A DNA stretch of 40,638 nt, from contig JADGHL010000037.1 in the NCBI GenBank assembly GCA_019686135.1, positions 1-40,638 of the forward strand, read 5' to 3'. The notes under the pieces are model-generated. The model saw nothing but the letters and a program-made list of their open reading frames with translations, did not search any database and was not told where the DNA came from. Below are positions 39,623 to 40,638 of the stretch, one piece after another (positions within the stretch are counted from its first letter, which is position 1; each line of letters starts with the position of its first letter). The DNA comes from Myxococcaceae bacterium (GTDB lineage Bacteria > Myxococcota > Myxococcia > Myxococcales > Myxococcaceae). The translations under genes and the position numbers were made by a program.

Positions 39623-39712
39623 CGTGTTCGGACCTCGCGATCGCGTGAAGGAGACAGCGGACAGGACCGCGCTTCGTAGCACGATCCGGGAGAAAGACGC
39701 CCGAAGGGCCCG

Positions 39713-40495
39713 TCAATTGCGTGCCGCGGACCGGGAGGACCGCGACAGGTGCGCGCGCGCCATCGCCTCGGCGAGCCGCGGATCGCGAAGCTGACTCACT
39801 TCTTCCGGGAGCAGCCACTCCACCGGTTCGATCTCGTAGGCTTCCTTCTGCTTGTCGTACTCGAGCAGGAGCACCTGGTCGCCCTTCTTCAGCGTGTTCT
39901 CCCGGGTGCAGAAGATGGGGAGCACCAGCCCCGCGCCCCCGTCCTCGAGGTGCGCCTGACCGAACTTCGCGTCCACGCGAAGGGAGGAGACAATGGCGAC
40001 CTTGCCGAGGAGGTGGCGGCGCTTCGGTGCAGTGCGGATGGTGAAGAGCGGCCTGAGCGGTCGGGCGGTCACGCTGGAGAGCACGAACGCAGAGACCAGC
40101 GCCAGCACGAGAATGAGCCCGCCGCCGATCCACGGACCGAGAAATCCACCGAGCGCTGGGCCCAAAAACCACGCGCCCAGCATGGAGGTGATCCACCCCC
40201 AGACCGTGAGGAAGGTCACGATCATGGTGGCGGGGACCGTGCCGAACCCCAGCGCTTCGAGGAGCGCGCCCTTCCCCTCCAGCCCGTCGTGGACATGCGC
40301 GTGCGCGTCCGCCACGCCCGCCTTCGCGTCGATCCCGTCGATGAGCCCCGCCTTCGCGTCCAGCGCGCCGTCGCCGCCCAGCTCGATGCCCACCGCGCCC
40401 ACCAGCACCAGCAGCCAGTAGACCAGCACCACGATCAGCAGCGTCGTGAAGATCGCCGTCGGGAAGCTGAACGCGAGCGCGAGGAACGTCGACAC
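39713..40495 (-). CDS. NfeD-like / YqiJ-like inner-membrane protein (multi-TM N-terminus, C-terminal OB-fold-like domain)
   Basis: It sits upstream of and co-oriented with the flotillin gene, as in yqiJ-yqiK and nfeD-flotillin pairs. Several TM helices are present. The C-terminus LLGKVAIVSSLRVDAKFGQAHLEDGGAGLVLPIFCTRENTLKKGDQVLLLEYDKQKEAYEIEPVE resembles the NfeD beta-barrel. The start is a GTG. Confidence 0.6.
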   Translation of the reverse strand: MSTFLALAFSFPTAIFTTLLIVVLVYWLLVLVGAVGIELGGDGALDAKAGLIDGIDAKAGVADAHAHVHDGLEGKGALLEALGFGTVPATMIVTFLTVWGWITSMLGAWFLGPALGGFLGPWIGGGLILVLALVSAFVLSSVTARPLRPLFTIRTAPKRRHLLGKVAIVSSLRVDAKFGQAHLEDGGAGLVLPIFCTRENTLKKGDQVLLLEYDKQKEAYEIEPVEWLLPEEVSQLRDPRLAEAMARAHLSRSSRSAARN

Positions 40496-40638
40496 GGGCC
40501 GGAATTCAGCACGCCGCCGCCGGCAGGGGAAGCCGGCCCCGGCGCGGCGGCGCGTCGTGGCCGGTGGTGGAGCCGGTTGGGACTACGTCCGCGCCGCCCG
40601 GCGATTGCGTTCACGAAACGCATGCGGGCTGGGGATCG

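Overview
The window is a high-GC (~70%) bacterial chromosomal segment, most likely from a myxobacterium. The evidence for that placement is an IF3 with a Dsg-like C-terminal extension and an apparent AUC start, an abundance of lipoproteins, and Ser/Gly/Pro-rich low-complexity tails. From left to right the window contains:

- A fur operon on the minus strand (HEAT-repeat membrane protein, Fur, a TlpA-like thioredoxin, FtsB), divergent from a Fis-type HTH protein.
- An FmdB zinc-ribbon protein and several membrane proteins or lipoproteins.
- A PHP phosphoesterase.
- A minus-strand block made of a hypothetical protein, a 1208-aa lipoprotein with 12 tandem ~85-aa Ig-like repeats, and a GH13 alpha-amylase lipoprotein.
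- A complete GlgE-pathway alpha-glucan operon, glgE-treS-mak-glgB, with ATGA start/stop overlaps at the treS-mak and mak-glgB junctions.
- tRNA-Pro(GGG).
- The conserved thrS-infC-rpmI-rplT-pheS-pheT-ihfA cluster on the minus strand.
- tRNA-Val(GAC).
- The most unusual locus: a minus-strand operon encoding an NfeD/YqiJ-like membrane protein, a flotillin (SPFH) protein, and a translationally coupled 1807-aa protein with a single MoxR/dynein-type AAA_5 ATPase module, followed by an Fe-S uracil-DNA glycosylase.

Many long ORFs in the track are antisense artefacts typical of high-GC DNA and were rejected. All coordinates are derived from the ORF track plus manual codon counting. tRNA and hairpin ends may be off by 1-2 nt.
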